NCBI GenBank assembly: GCA_049582405.1
Contig: JBAUTX010000105.1
Span: forward strand, 1 to 45,774
Direction: 5' to 3'
DNA: 45,774 nt
Source: Terracidiphilus sp.
GTDB lineage: Bacteria; Acidobacteriota; Terriglobia; Terriglobales; Acidobacteriaceae
Each line of letters begins with the position of its first letter. Position 1 is the stretch's first letter. Of the stretch, positions 11,029 through 20,373 are shown one piece after another. Under the pieces are notes generated by a model. It made no database searches, was not told where the DNA came from, and was given only the letters and a program-made list of their open reading frames with translations. The position numbers and the translations under genes are program-made.

Positions 11029-11095
11029 GGAAGAATCCGGGCAACCAACGCACCGTGCGTTTGAGGCTAAAGTAGGCGCCAGGTTCCTGAGGATG

Positions 11096-11138
11096 GTCGA
11101 CCGCGGTGCGCAAAGCGCGCATCGCGGTCGGCTTTTTT
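11096..11138 (+). terminator. Rho-independent terminator between convergent usp and glmS
   Basis: 16-bp stem GTCGACCGCGGTGCGC / GCGCATCGCGGTCGGC (two G-U pairs), 5-nt loop, followed by TTTTTT. Confidence 0.8.
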
Positions 11139-11166
11139 GGAGTCAAACCAGAGCGCCAGGCTGGAG

Positions 11167-13050
11167 TTACTCCACGGTAACGGACTTGGCGAGGTTTCTT
11201 GGCTGGTCAACATCGCAGCCGCGGCGCACGGCAATGTAGTACGCAAGCAGCTGCAGCGGCACGATCTCAATGAGCGGCGCGAGCAGTTCAATGGTGTGCG
11301 GGATGTGAATCACGTGCTCCACGAGGTTGCCGATGGTTGTGTCGCCTTCTGTGGCCACGGCAATAACCCGTCCGCTGCGCGCTGTGACCTCCTGGATATT
11401 GGAGAGGGTCTTTTCATAGCGCAGCTTTGAAGCGGGATCGGCTTCATCGCGCGTCGCGAGCACCACCACGGGCAGCGTTTCGTCAATCAGGGCGTTGGGG
11501 CCGTGTTTCATTTCGCCGGCCGGGTAGCCTTCGGCGTGGATGTAGGAGATCTCCTTGAGCTTCAACGCTCCTTCGAGCGCAATCGGGAAGTGAATGCCAC
11601 GGCCGAGATAGAGGAAGTCGCGCGCATTCGCGAAATCCTTTGCCAGTTCCTCGCACTGCGGTGAGCGTTCGCGCAGGATCTCTTCGATCTTGGCGGGCAC
11701 GCGGCCGAGTTCTTCGATGAGGGCAACGGATTGGGCCGTATCCACTTTGCCGCGAAGTTGGCCCATTTTGAGCGCCAGCAAAAAGAGCGCGGTCAATTGT
11801 GATGTGAAGGCCTTGGTGGAAGCGACGCCAATCTCGGGACCTGCATGCGTGTAGATCGCGCCATGAGCCTCGCGCGCCACCATGGCATCGACGACGTTGC
11901 AGATCGCGACGGTCTTTGACCCGAGATTCTTCATTTCGCGCTGCGCGGCGAGCGTGTCGGCGGTCTCTCCCGACTGGGTGATGAGCAGGCCGAGCGCCTC
12001 CGGGCCGGCGATGGGGTCGCGGTAACGATACTCGCTGGCGTAGTCCACGTCGACGGGCAAGCGGGCGAGGCGCTCGATCATGTACTTGCCTGCGAGGGCC
12101 GCATGCCAACTGGTGCCGCATGCAGCAATGTTGATGCTCTGGGCCGCGGCGAGTTCCTCTTCGGCAATCTTCATCTCGCCGAGGAAGACCTTGCCGGAAT
12201 CGAGCGAGACGCGGCCGAGGGTGGTGTCGCGAATGGCGCGTGGCTGCTCCCAGATTTCCTTGAGCATGAAATGCTTATAGCCGCCCTTTTCCGCCTGGAT
12301 GGGATCCCACTGGATGCGCGTGATGGAGCGCTGAATGGGCTTGCCGTCGAAATCCGTCAGCTCGACGCCGGACTTTGTGAGGATGGCCATGTCGCCATCG
12401 GCCAGGAAATAGAGATTACGCGTGTGATGCAGAATGCCAGGGACGTCGGAAGCGACAAAGTACTCGCCTTCGCCGACGCCGATGACAACCGGGGGGCCGG
12501 AGCGCGCGGCAACGATCTTGTCCGGCTCCGCGGCGGAGAGGATGCCGAGCGCGAAGGCGCCGGTGAGACGCTTGACGGCCCGGCGCACTGCCACTTCCAG
12601 GGTGATGGGCGCGCCGGCGACCTCTGCGTCCTTCTGCACCTGCTCAATCAGGTGGGCGATGATCTCGGTGTCGGTTTCCGTGACGAACTTATGGCCTTTC
12701 ACGGTCAGTTCGTGCTTGAGATCGAGGTAGTTTTCCACGATGCCGTTGTGGACAACGACAATCCGGCCCGTGCAGTCGCGATGGGGGTGGGCATTCTCTT
12801 CCGTGGGGCGGCCATGGGTGGCCCAGCGTGTGTGGCCGATGCCAAAGGTGCCATCCAGCGGACGCTCCTTCAGCACTTCTTCCAGGTTGTGCAGCTTGCC
12901 GGGCGCGCGGCGGACTTCGAGCGTAGGCCGATCAGGACTGCCGACGGCAATGCCTGCCGAGTCGTACCCGCGATACTCCAGACGCCTGAGCCCCTCAATA
13001 ATGACAGGGACCACTTTCTTGGGACCAACGTAACCGACGATTCCGCACAT
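11167..13050 (-). CDS. glmS: Glutamine--fructose-6-phosphate aminotransferase
   Basis: MCGIVG N-terminus, [19 protein letters not shown], two SIS domains, C-terminal [15 protein letters not shown]. Confidence 0.98.
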   Translation of the reverse strand: MCGIVGYVGPKKVVPVIIEGLRRLEYRGYDSAGIAVGSPDRPTLEVRRAPGKLHNLEEVLKERPLDGTFGIGHTRWATHGRPTEENAHPHRDCTGRIVVVHNGIVENYLDLKHELTVKGHKFVTETDTEIIAHLIEQVQKDAEVAGAPITLEVAVRRAVKRLTGAFALGILSAAEPDKIVAARSGPPVVIGVGEGEYFVASDVPGILHHTRNLYFLADGDMAILTKSGVELTDFDGKPIQRSITRIQWDPIQAEKGGYKHFMLKEIWEQPRAIRDTTLGRVSLDSGKVFLGEMKIAEEELAAAQSINIAACGTSWHAALAGKYMIERLARLPVDVDYASEYRYRDPIAGPEALGLLITQSGETADTLAAQREMKNLGSKTVAICNVVDAMVAREAHGAIYTHAGPEIGVASTKAFTSQLTALFLLALKMGQLRGKVDTAQSVALIEELGRVPAKIEEILRERSPQCEELAKDFANARDFLYLGRGIHFPIALEGALKLKEISYIHAEGYPAGEMKHGPNALIDETLPVVVLATRDEADPASKLRYEKTLSNIQEVTARSGRVIAVATEGDTTIGNLVEHVIHIPHTIELLAPLIEIVPLQLLAYYIAVRRGCDVDQPRNLAKSVTVE

Positions 13051-13142
13051 GGGATGATTCTATGCGAGCCTCGCAGAGCAGCAAGGTCTTTCAAGAATCG
13101 GAACCGTGCAAAGCGCTACTTTCGTGGCCGAGCGCTTTGCGG

Positions 13143-13391
13143 CTATTCCTCAATGCGGTATGAGAACTCCTCGATGACCGGGTTCGTGAGCACTTCTCGT
13201 GCGATGCGCTCCACCTCCGCGCCGGCGGCTTCGCTGGTGAGCCCATCAGCAAGCGTGAGCACGAAGTACTTGCCCTGACGGACAGCGGTTACGCCGGAAA
13301 AGCCAATCTTCCGGAGGGCATTCTGGATGGTCTGACCCTGGGGATCGAGGACCGATGACTTCAAAGTGACATAGACATGCGCCTTCATCAT
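13143..13391 (-). CDS. purS: Phosphoribosylformylglycinamidine synthase subunit PurS
   Basis: VTLKSSVLDPQG, VRQGKYF, LTNPVIEEF; about 82 aa (start 13391 or 13388). Confidence 0.93.
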   Translation of the reverse strand: MMKAHVYVTLKSSVLDPQGQTIQNALRKIGFSGVTAVRQGKYFVLTLADGLTSEAAGAEVERIAREVLTNPVIEEFSYRIEE

Positions 13392-13610
13392 TCGTGATTA
13401 TAGTAGTTCAGGCTGAGACTTCGTCACCGCTGCCGAAGCGGCCTCGTGATTGTCGCGTCCAGAAGAAGGCATGGCCGGCTCACTTCCCCGAACGATGCTT
13501 CGCATGAAACACTCTGGCAGGGACATTTGCAGTCAGACGCAATTTTGAGAACCGACGCGGAGAACACCGCAATCGACCCCAGCACGCACCTTAGGAGGCG
13601 TTCGAACTGA

Positions 13611-14156
13611 ATGATTAACTATCTTGAACTACCGATCGGAGATCGATCCCCCGAAGTATTCCGGGCGGTGATTGAGATTCCGAAAGATGCGACCAACAAA
13701 TTTGAGTACGACAAGCAGTTGCATGTCTTCAAACTGGATCGGAATCTGCACTCCCCCGTTCATTATCCCGGCGATTACGGCTTTATTCCATCCACCCTTA
13801 GCGATGACGGGGACCCGCTTGATGTGCTCGTTCTGGTGCCTGGCCCGAGCTTTCCGGGTTGCGTACAGGAGGTTCGCCCGATCGGCCTGCTGGAGATGCT
13901 GGATCAGGGTGTGCTGGATGAAAAAGTGCTGGCGGTTGGCAAGAACAATCCGCGCTATGCAAACGTATGGAACTATACCGATATCTATCCGCACCTGCTG
14001 AAAGAGATCACGCACTTTTTCTCGATCTACAAGGATCTTGAGGGAAAGCGCGTTGAGGTAAAGGGCTGGCATGATGCAGCGTATGCCCGGGACCATGTCG
14101 TGCGGGCCGCAAAGTTGTTTGAGGAGAACAAGGCCAAGTTGGCACTGGCGAAGTAG
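13611..14156 (+). CDS. ppa: Inorganic pyrophosphatase (family I)
   Basis: IEIPK, YPGDYGFIP, DGDPLDVLV, FFSIYKDLEGK. Confidence 0.95.
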   Translation: MINYLELPIGDRSPEVFRAVIEIPKDATNKFEYDKQLHVFKLDRNLHSPVHYPGDYGFIPSTLSDDGDPLDVLVLVPGPSFPGCVQEVRPIGLLEMLDQGVLDEKVLAVGKNNPRYANVWNYTDIYPHLLKEITHFFSIYKDLEGKRVEVKGWHDAAYARDHVVRAAKLFEENKAKLALAK

Positions 14157-14193
14157 AAGGGAATCGACGCCGGGATGAACCGGACACGGGGAG

Positions 14194-14229
14194 GGGCCGC
14201 ATCGCAATCCGATGCGGCCCTTTGCATTT
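14194..14229 (+). terminator. Probable intrinsic terminator after ppa
   Basis: Perfect 11-bp stem GGGCCGCATCG / CGATGCGGCCC, loop CAATC, followed by TTTGCATTT; lies between convergent genes. Confidence 0.7.
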
Positions 14230-14251
14230 GCAGGCCTTCGCATGAGTAGCT

Positions 14252-15598
14252 TCATGCGCGTCCCGCAGCCAGCTTGCGGGCGCGGGGTGCGGCTACCGTC
14301 CAGTAGATGAGGGGACCCAGCAGTGCCACGGCGCCGGCAAACAGGATGGCCGAGACGGATCCCATGATCTTTTCGCCACGCGCTGCGTACAGCGCATAGC
14401 CAATCAGAGCTGTGGGACCCACGCTGAGAGTGCAGACAAACGCCAGATTGCCCGCTTTAAAGGGGCGTGCGAGCGCAGGCTCGCGCAGGCGCAGGGCAAT
14501 GAGCGCGAGGAACTCGAGGATGAGGCTCGACCCGTACAGGATCAGATCGATGGAGATGAGCCGCTCAAATGGAAGCTTCAAGGCGAGTGCCCATGCCAGT
14601 CCGCAGACCAGCACACTGACCCATGGGACGCCGTACCGGTTGCGGCGCATGAGCATGCGAGGCAGAAGGCGATCCTCCGCCATGGCCATGGGCAAGCGCG
14701 TGTAGCTCATCATGAGTGCGTTGAACATGCCGATGCCGCAGATGGCGCCGCCGGCAACCACAGCCATTCCCAGGGCAGGCCCGCCGAGGGCGGCTGCGGC
14801 ATCCATCCAGTCCCCGGTGGAGAAGCTTGCTGTGGAAAGGCCGGCGACTGCCATGGCCAGCAAAGGCAGCGTGTAAGTGACCGTGGCCAAAATTGCCGCC
14901 ATGACCATGGCGCGCGGATAGTTGCGCTGGGGATCCTCGACTTCCTGCGCCACGGTGGATGCATTGTCCCATCCCATGTAGTTCCACATAGCAACCAGTA
15001 CGGCAGTGGAGAGCGCCGCGTTGGAGCCGGTCTGGCCCCAATGCATGGCGGGATGCATGGTCAGCCCTTTCCAGAAACCCAATGCAACAAAGACCACGAA
15101 AGGGGAGAGGAGCAGGATAAAGAAGCTCTCTGACCCCTCCCCAACCGCAGGCGCTCCGCGGAGGTTCCACAGGCAAGAGAGAACCACAACCGCGAGCGAC
15201 CATGCGTAGCCGTGCCAGCCGTCGGTGAGCGCAGTGTGAAACCGGCCAAGATAGAGAACGAAAATGGCAGGATAGATGGCCATGTCAAAGATGCTGGCCG
15301 TCAGCGAGAGCCAGCCTTCCTGAAAGCCCCAGAAGGGACCAAGCGCTCTGCGCACCCAGACGTAAAAGCCACCCTCAGCGGGGATGGCGCTGGCCAACTC
15401 TCCGATCATGAGCGCCACGGGCAGGCTCCAGAAGATGGGCAGCAAGGCCAGAATGAGGATGGCGCGTGCGAAGCCGGCGCCACCCAGAATGTCCTCGATT
15501 CCATATGGGCCGCCGGAGACCATGAAGTAGGTGGCCGCCACCAGCGGAAGCAGGCGCAGCTTGCGTTGCTCAGGGACACGGACGGAATGGATAGGCAT
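14252..15598 (-). CDS. APC-superfamily amino acid/polyamine permease
   Basis: Many TM helices; YFMVSGGPYGIE, GGFYVWV, WNYMGWD, EVEDPQRNYPRAM. ATG at 15598 preferred over TTG at 15730. Confidence 0.88.
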   Translation of the reverse strand: MPIHSVRVPEQRKLRLLPLVAATYFMVSGGPYGIEDILGGAGFARAILILALLPIFWSLPVALMIGELASAIPAEGGFYVWVRRALGPFWGFQEGWLSLTASIFDMAIYPAIFVLYLGRFHTALTDGWHGYAWSLAVVVLSCLWNLRGAPAVGEGSESFFILLLSPFVVFVALGFWKGLTMHPAMHWGQTGSNAALSTAVLVAMWNYMGWDNASTVAQEVEDPQRNYPRAMVMAAILATVTYTLPLLAMAVAGLSTASFSTGDWMDAAAALGGPALGMAVVAGGAICGIGMFNALMMSYTRLPMAMAEDRLLPRMLMRRNRYGVPWVSVLVCGLAWALALKLPFERLISIDLILYGSSLILEFLALIALRLREPALARPFKAGNLAFVCTLSVGPTALIGYALYAARGEKIMGSVSAILFAGAVALLGPLIYWTVAAPRARKLAAGRA

Positions 15599-15790
15599 CA
15601 AGGTGAATCTAACAACTACAACTGCAGCAGAGACAGAAAAATGCAATGGGCCGGGCGGATCGGGAATCGGCTGGGAGATTGCCGCAGAATCGCAATCGAT
15701 TTGCAGGCTGCGGCCCCCTTTTGTTGTCAAGAATGGAGCGTCTGCAGGCTATCCTGGTTTCCCGGAAAGCAGTGTCGCCTGCTCTTCCGG

Positions 15791-15796
15791 TATAAT
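15791..15796 (+). promoter_or_regulatory. Putative sigma70 -10 box for tRNA-Ser
   Basis: Perfect TATAAT 13 nt upstream of the tRNA 5' end; no canonical -35 seen. Confidence 0.5.
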
Positions 15797-15809
15797 CCGC
15801 AATAGACCC

Positions 15810-15902
15810 GGAGAGATGGCCGAGTGGCTGAAGGCGGCGGTTTGCTAAACCGTTATAGGGTCAAAAGCTCTATCGGGGGTTCGAATCCCCCTCTCTCCGC
15901 CA
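15810..15902 (+). tRNA. tRNA-Ser(GCT)
   Basis: Acceptor GGAGAGA/TCTCTCC + GCCA, anticodon loop TT-GCT-AA, long variable arm, GGGGGTTCGAATCCCCC T-arm. Confidence 0.97.
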
Positions 15903-16031
15903 GACTTCCACAATTCCTTCCTTTGTCGTTGCTTCCAGCAGAAATTCATGGTTCGGCCTCGCGTTTTGCGCGTGAGAGCTTTTGTGCTGCAGTTTCGTGA
16001 ACCCTTGCTGCTGCGGGGTGAGCAGACGGCT

Positions 16032-17306
16032 TTACACGCTCTGCGCGTCTGCGATGGCGTGGTCCGGGGGAACTGGTTCGCCGTTCCATACTCGCCTGGA
16101 TGTCCAGGCGCGCTCCGGTCCGGACCAGAAGGGGTCGCTCGCCGCAAGACCGAGGGGCAGCCAGGCTGCTGCACAAAGATAGAGACTCCCTGTAGAGATG
16201 TATGCCTCCGCAATCTCAGGCTGGTGGCCGTAGAAGCCTACGCGGAGCCAACCCTGCTCATCGAACGTGCCTGGAGCGTTGATCATTTTGCGCATCACCG
16301 CCGTCAGGGCACAACGGACCTGCTCGGGAGTCACTCCTTCAGGGAGTTCGCGGCGAAGCGCGATCTCCGCCAGCAAGTGAAAAGCTCCGAAGCGATAACA
16401 AAGAGATCGCCCTATGGGTGGAAATGTTCCGTCCGGGCTGATGAGCCGTTCCTGAATCGCCGCATACCGCTTCGCGCGCTCCATGGAGGGCGCTCTCATT
16501 GCATGCCATGTGGCGGACGATTTTGAAACGAGATCGAGCGTGTTGAGGAGCAGCGGCTGGATGACAAAGCTGTTGTAGTAGTCCCAGTCAAGCATGGGGC
16601 CATCCCCATAGACCCCGTCCCCCTTGTACCAGGTGTTCATTGTCTGGAGCGCATAATCCACGCGCACTGGGTCCCACCCGGCGCCGATGGAAGATAGAGT
16701 GGCCTCGACCATGGCTGAGAACAAGAGCCAATTGTTGTAGCCGGGCCGAATCTTCCGTGAGGCTTCGAGAGCAGCGATGACATTGCGCTGCGTACGCGCA
16801 TCCAGCTTATGCCACAATTCTTTTGGTGCGCGAACCATGGCAAGAGCGAGAAAGCCTGCGTCTACGAGCGGCTGCGCTCCCTGGCTGAAATTCATGAAGT
16901 CCGGAGACGATGGATCTGTTCCTGCGTCGATTGCGGCGCGCGACAAATCAGCAAGGTGGCTCCGGAGCGTGCCCTCACTGCCGCTATCCGGGCCCGTTTC
17001 GAGCCATGGTGCAATGCCGCAGAGCAGTCGCGCCATCGCCTCGAGATAGGTGAATTGCCGGCGATCCGCTTCATTGCCGTGTGGTGCTTCCACCGGCATA
17101 CGCTCCTTGAGTTCTCTTGCGCTCAAAGCGCGAAGAACCGGGCTTCCGATCTTTGCGACCGTTTCGATCCAGAATGCGCGGTCAGCTTGTCCTGGGGTCG
17201 TGAGGGCCGATTGAGAGAAGGCAGGCAGGGAAGGCAGCGCACTCAAGGCAATTCCGGCTTGCAGGAAACTCCTTCGATTCATCCCCGCTGAGGACTCTTG
17301 TTCCAT
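16032..17306 (-). CDS. Tat-exported DUF2264-like protein
   Basis: NRRSFLQ twin-arginine signal; YLEAMARLLCGIAPWLE, QPLVDAGFLA, NNWLLFSAMVE, WYKGDGVYGDG, GRSLCYRFGAF. Confidence 0.82.
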   Translation of the reverse strand: MEQESSAGMNRRSFLQAGIALSALPSLPAFSQSALTTPGQADRAFWIETVAKIGSPVLRALSARELKERMPVEAPHGNEADRRQFTYLEAMARLLCGIAPWLETGPDSGSEGTLRSHLADLSRAAIDAGTDPSSPDFMNFSQGAQPLVDAGFLALAMVRAPKELWHKLDARTQRNVIAALEASRKIRPGYNNWLLFSAMVEATLSSIGAGWDPVRVDYALQTMNTWYKGDGVYGDGPMLDWDYYNSFVIQPLLLNTLDLVSKSSATWHAMRAPSMERAKRYAAIQERLISPDGTFPPIGRSLCYRFGAFHLLAEIALRRELPEGVTPEQVRCALTAVMRKMINAPGTFDEQGWLRVGFYGHQPEIAEAYISTGSLYLCAAAWLPLGLAASDPFWSGPERAWTSRRVWNGEPVPPDHAIADAQSV

Positions 17307-17393
17307 GTATTCATCCTTCGATGCCTCTCCAAAGATTCAGAGGCCGATCATCCTGTCCATCTGCATTGAGCATGCCGCCTTGCCAGCATCGAA

Positions 17394-18773
17394 TCAGCTG
17401 AGCTCGTATGGATGGCGCTGATGGCGGGAAAGCAGACTTGCGGCAATATCGTCGCCGAGAATCAATTCTGAACCCGGGTCCCAGTGGATGCGATGCTGCG
17501 TCTTCATCGCAATCCAATGCAGAAGGCAGGTCGTGCAGGCACGGTGGCCCACTTCCACGGGCGCTGTCGGGGCCTTGCGTGAGTGGATGCAGTCGAGCCA
17601 GTTCCCATGCTGATCGTCTGAGGTGTACACGTGATACTCATGGGGCCCGATGACGGAGTCCAGGATCCCTGGGTCGCTCGCGCGCAATGGAATGATGGGC
17701 ACCGGAGGATCGCTTGTTGTCGCGGTTGGAGTGGTCATGCCATCCCGGCACACGAAGATCCATCCCTTATCCCCAATCCACTTGATGCCATTTTCAAACT
17801 CGCCGGAGATGGTCATGGCAACGCCATTTGCATAGCGGCCATAGGTCTTGAAGGGTCCGTGCACGTCCCAGAGGCCTTCTGTTGGGAATTGCGCCTGCCC
17901 CCAGACCTCAACGGGGCCGGTGAGCTCTGTATCCATGCCCCAGTGCGCGGTGTCCACGTGATGTGCGCCCCAGCCCGTGATCATGCCCGCGCCGAATTGC
18001 TCCATGCGCAGCCAGCCAGGACGGGAAAAGCCGACGGTGGGCATGACGCGATCGATCGTATAGGGGACTTCAGGGGTTGAACCGAGCCACGCGTCGTAAT
18101 TGAATCCGTCGGGCACCGGCATGGGTTGTGGATTCCCGCCGGCGGGGTCGCCTGGAAGGCCGATCTCCACGCGCTGAATGGTGCCAATGCGTCCATTGCG
18201 CACGAGTTCTACTGCGCGCGCAAACTGCTTCCATGAGCGCTGCTGCGAGCCAATCTGCAGGATTCTGCCGCTGGCCTTTACATGGTCCGCCATGATGCGG
18301 CCCTCGCGAATCGTGAGGGATGCGGGCTTCTGCAGATACACGTCTTTCCCTGCCTTGACGGAAGCGACAGCCAAGCGGGCATGCTGGTGATCGGGCGTCG
18401 AGATCAGCACAGCATCAATGTCCGGATTTGCCAGAAGCTCACGGAAGTCGGAGTAAGCTTTTGTGCCCTTGTATGGCTGGCCGAGCTTCTTTGTGTACGC
18501 CTGGTCGACAAACTGCTGCCCCGACTCAAGGCGCTGATGGCTGAGATCGCACACCGCTACGATGCGGTTGTCGCGACCGGCAACACCGGTGAACTGAATC
18601 ACGCCAGGCATGTCGTGCCCGCGCGAGATGCGGCCCACGCCAATGGCGCCAATGTGAATGCGGTTCGAAGGCGCGGCCGCGCCGAGCACACTGTTCGGCA
18701 CGATCGCAGGGAAACCGGCGACAACGCTCCCGGCAACCGAACCTTTGATGAAATCTCTGCGTGTTGGGGTCAT
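17394..18773 (-). CDS. Tat-exported Gfo/Idh/MocA oxidoreductase
   Basis: MTPTRRDFIK signal; IGAIGVGRI, DIDAVLISTPDHQH, GKDVYLQKP, QIGSQQRS, WGAHHVD. Start corrected to ATG 18773. Confidence 0.9.
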   Translation of the reverse strand: MTPTRRDFIKGSVAGSVVAGFPAIVPNSVLGAAAPSNRIHIGAIGVGRISRGHDMPGVIQFTGVAGRDNRIVAVCDLSHQRLESGQQFVDQAYTKKLGQPYKGTKAYSDFRELLANPDIDAVLISTPDHQHARLAVASVKAGKDVYLQKPASLTIREGRIMADHVKASGRILQIGSQQRSWKQFARAVELVRNGRIGTIQRVEIGLPGDPAGGNPQPMPVPDGFNYDAWLGSTPEVPYTIDRVMPTVGFSRPGWLRMEQFGAGMITGWGAHHVDTAHWGMDTELTGPVEVWGQAQFPTEGLWDVHGPFKTYGRYANGVAMTISGEFENGIKWIGDKGWIFVCRDGMTTPTATTSDPPVPIIPLRASDPGILDSVIGPHEYHVYTSDDQHGNWLDCIHSRKAPTAPVEVGHRACTTCLLHWIAMKTQHRIHWDPGSELILGDDIAASLLSRHQRHPYELS

Positions 18774-18792
18774 CGGTGCCTCTGAAAGCAGC

Positions 18793-20016
18793 TCAGGCCT
18801 TGCTTTCCCAGTCGAGGTGGGCGCGCTTGGCTGCCATTTGCGCCTTGATGACGAGCTCCGCCGCAAGCAGGCATTGGGTCTGGTCCTGAGCGCGATGGGT
18901 TCGAAGGACGATGTCTTCCACAAATTGGGGGCCGAACGGGAGGGTTAAATTATTGCAGTCGATGTAGCGGGCTTCCTTCTGGTCGACGATGAATAAGTTG
19001 TTGCCCTGTTTGCTGACGGCTACGTTCGCGTACTTGCGCACCTCGATATATCCCTCTGTCCCAAGAATGAAGAGCCTGCCATCGCCCCACGTGCCAAGGC
19101 CATAAGGCGTGAACCAGTCGAGGCGCACGTAGCCAAACCCATTGTTCCCGCGCAGAGTCATGTCGCCGAAGTCCTGGAAATCCGGATGATTTGGATGCCG
19201 GAGGTTGGCAACTTGAGACGCTACAATCTCAGCTTGTGTTGAGCCCGTGTAGAAGAGGAACTGATCGACCTGGTGCGAACCGATATCACAGAGAATGCCG
19301 CCAAACTGCACCTCATTCCAGAACCAGGCCGGCCTCCCATCTACATTGCCGGAACTGCCTGCGTCTCCGCCAGGCCGCTGGCGAATCTGATGGGGCGCGA
19401 TGTTGATGGTCTGGATGACGTTGCCGATTGCACCAGCCTTCACCAACTCCCCGGCCTTGACGGCGGCTTTCACTTCCAGCCGCTCGGAATACATGATTGC
19501 GTAGATGCGTCCGGTCGCAGCGATTGTCTTGCGGACTTCGTCGAGCTGTGCGAGTGTTGTGATTCCTGGCTTGTCGGACAGAAAGTCCTTGCCCGCTCTC
19601 ATGCAGCGGACCCCGAGCGGAGCGCGCTCATTAGCGATTTGCGAACTCAGCACGAGTTGAATGGAAGGATCGTGGATGATTTCATCCTGCGTTTCCGCGA
19701 TCGCCACATCCGGATAGCGCTTCTTGAATGCGGCAAGAAGATCCGGTTCAAGCGCCCAGACCTTTACGAGGGCGCCGCCACCCCTCTTCACGGCTTCGAT
19801 CATGCCGTAGATATGGGGATGACTGATGCCGCAGACGGCAAACTTGACGGTGTAGCGCGGAGGTGCATCCTTTGACGGGGGAAGCGCCTCTTCCTTCACT
19901 TGTCCGCCGGGAAATGGCTGGGAGGGTTGACTCGCGAAGACAGGAAGCGCAGAAGCCATGCCTGCAGCGGTGACGGTGCGAAGAAAATTGCGTCGCGGCA
20001 AGAGGATTTCACCCAT
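18793..20016 (-). CDS. Tat-exported Gfo/Idh/MocA oxidoreductase
   Basis: PRRNFLR signal; GKDFLSDKPG, GGILCDIGSHQVD, WGDGRLFILGTEGYIEVRKY. Likely start ATG 20016. Confidence 0.88.
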   Translation of the reverse strand: MGEILLPRRNFLRTVTAAGMASALPVFASQPSQPFPGGQVKEEALPPSKDAPPRYTVKFAVCGISHPHIYGMIEAVKRGGGALVKVWALEPDLLAAFKKRYPDVAIAETQDEIIHDPSIQLVLSSQIANERAPLGVRCMRAGKDFLSDKPGITTLAQLDEVRKTIAATGRIYAIMYSERLEVKAAVKAGELVKAGAIGNVIQTINIAPHQIRQRPGGDAGSSGNVDGRPAWFWNEVQFGGILCDIGSHQVDQFLFYTGSTQAEIVASQVANLRHPNHPDFQDFGDMTLRGNNGFGYVRLDWFTPYGLGTWGDGRLFILGTEGYIEVRKYANVAVSKQGNNLFIVDQKEARYIDCNNLTLPFGPQFVEDIVLRTHRAQDQTQCLLAAELVIKAQMAAKRAHLDWESKA

Positions 20017-20373
20017 AGACTCTCTCTTCAGTAAAGTTTTTGGCGTGTCAATTGATGATTGTGCCAGGAGCGTCCCTGCAGGGGAGAAAACTGACATTGC
20101 AGCCCTCTCCTCTTTTCTGCCCATCCATCATACGCGGTCTGCTGGTGAGGTTATGCAGTGGGATCCTGCGCGCAATCCCCCTCGGTATGATCAGCGCGGA
20201 ATCAAGTAGATGCCAGAGGTCCTTGGGCTGTCCTATCATACAGAGAATTCAGGTCGAGCAGGACAAATCCCGCATTTCACATGATGTCCTCAGGAGCAGA
20301 CACGATGGTCGTCGACGCATGTCTATCGCATGGATCAAGCCGTTCACATCGGATCCGGCAAATACGGAGTCAC

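Noticed and set aside
13051..13142. glmS ribozyme upstream of glmS
   Set aside because: Only 92 bp separate purS and glmS, too short, and no ribozyme core was recognised.
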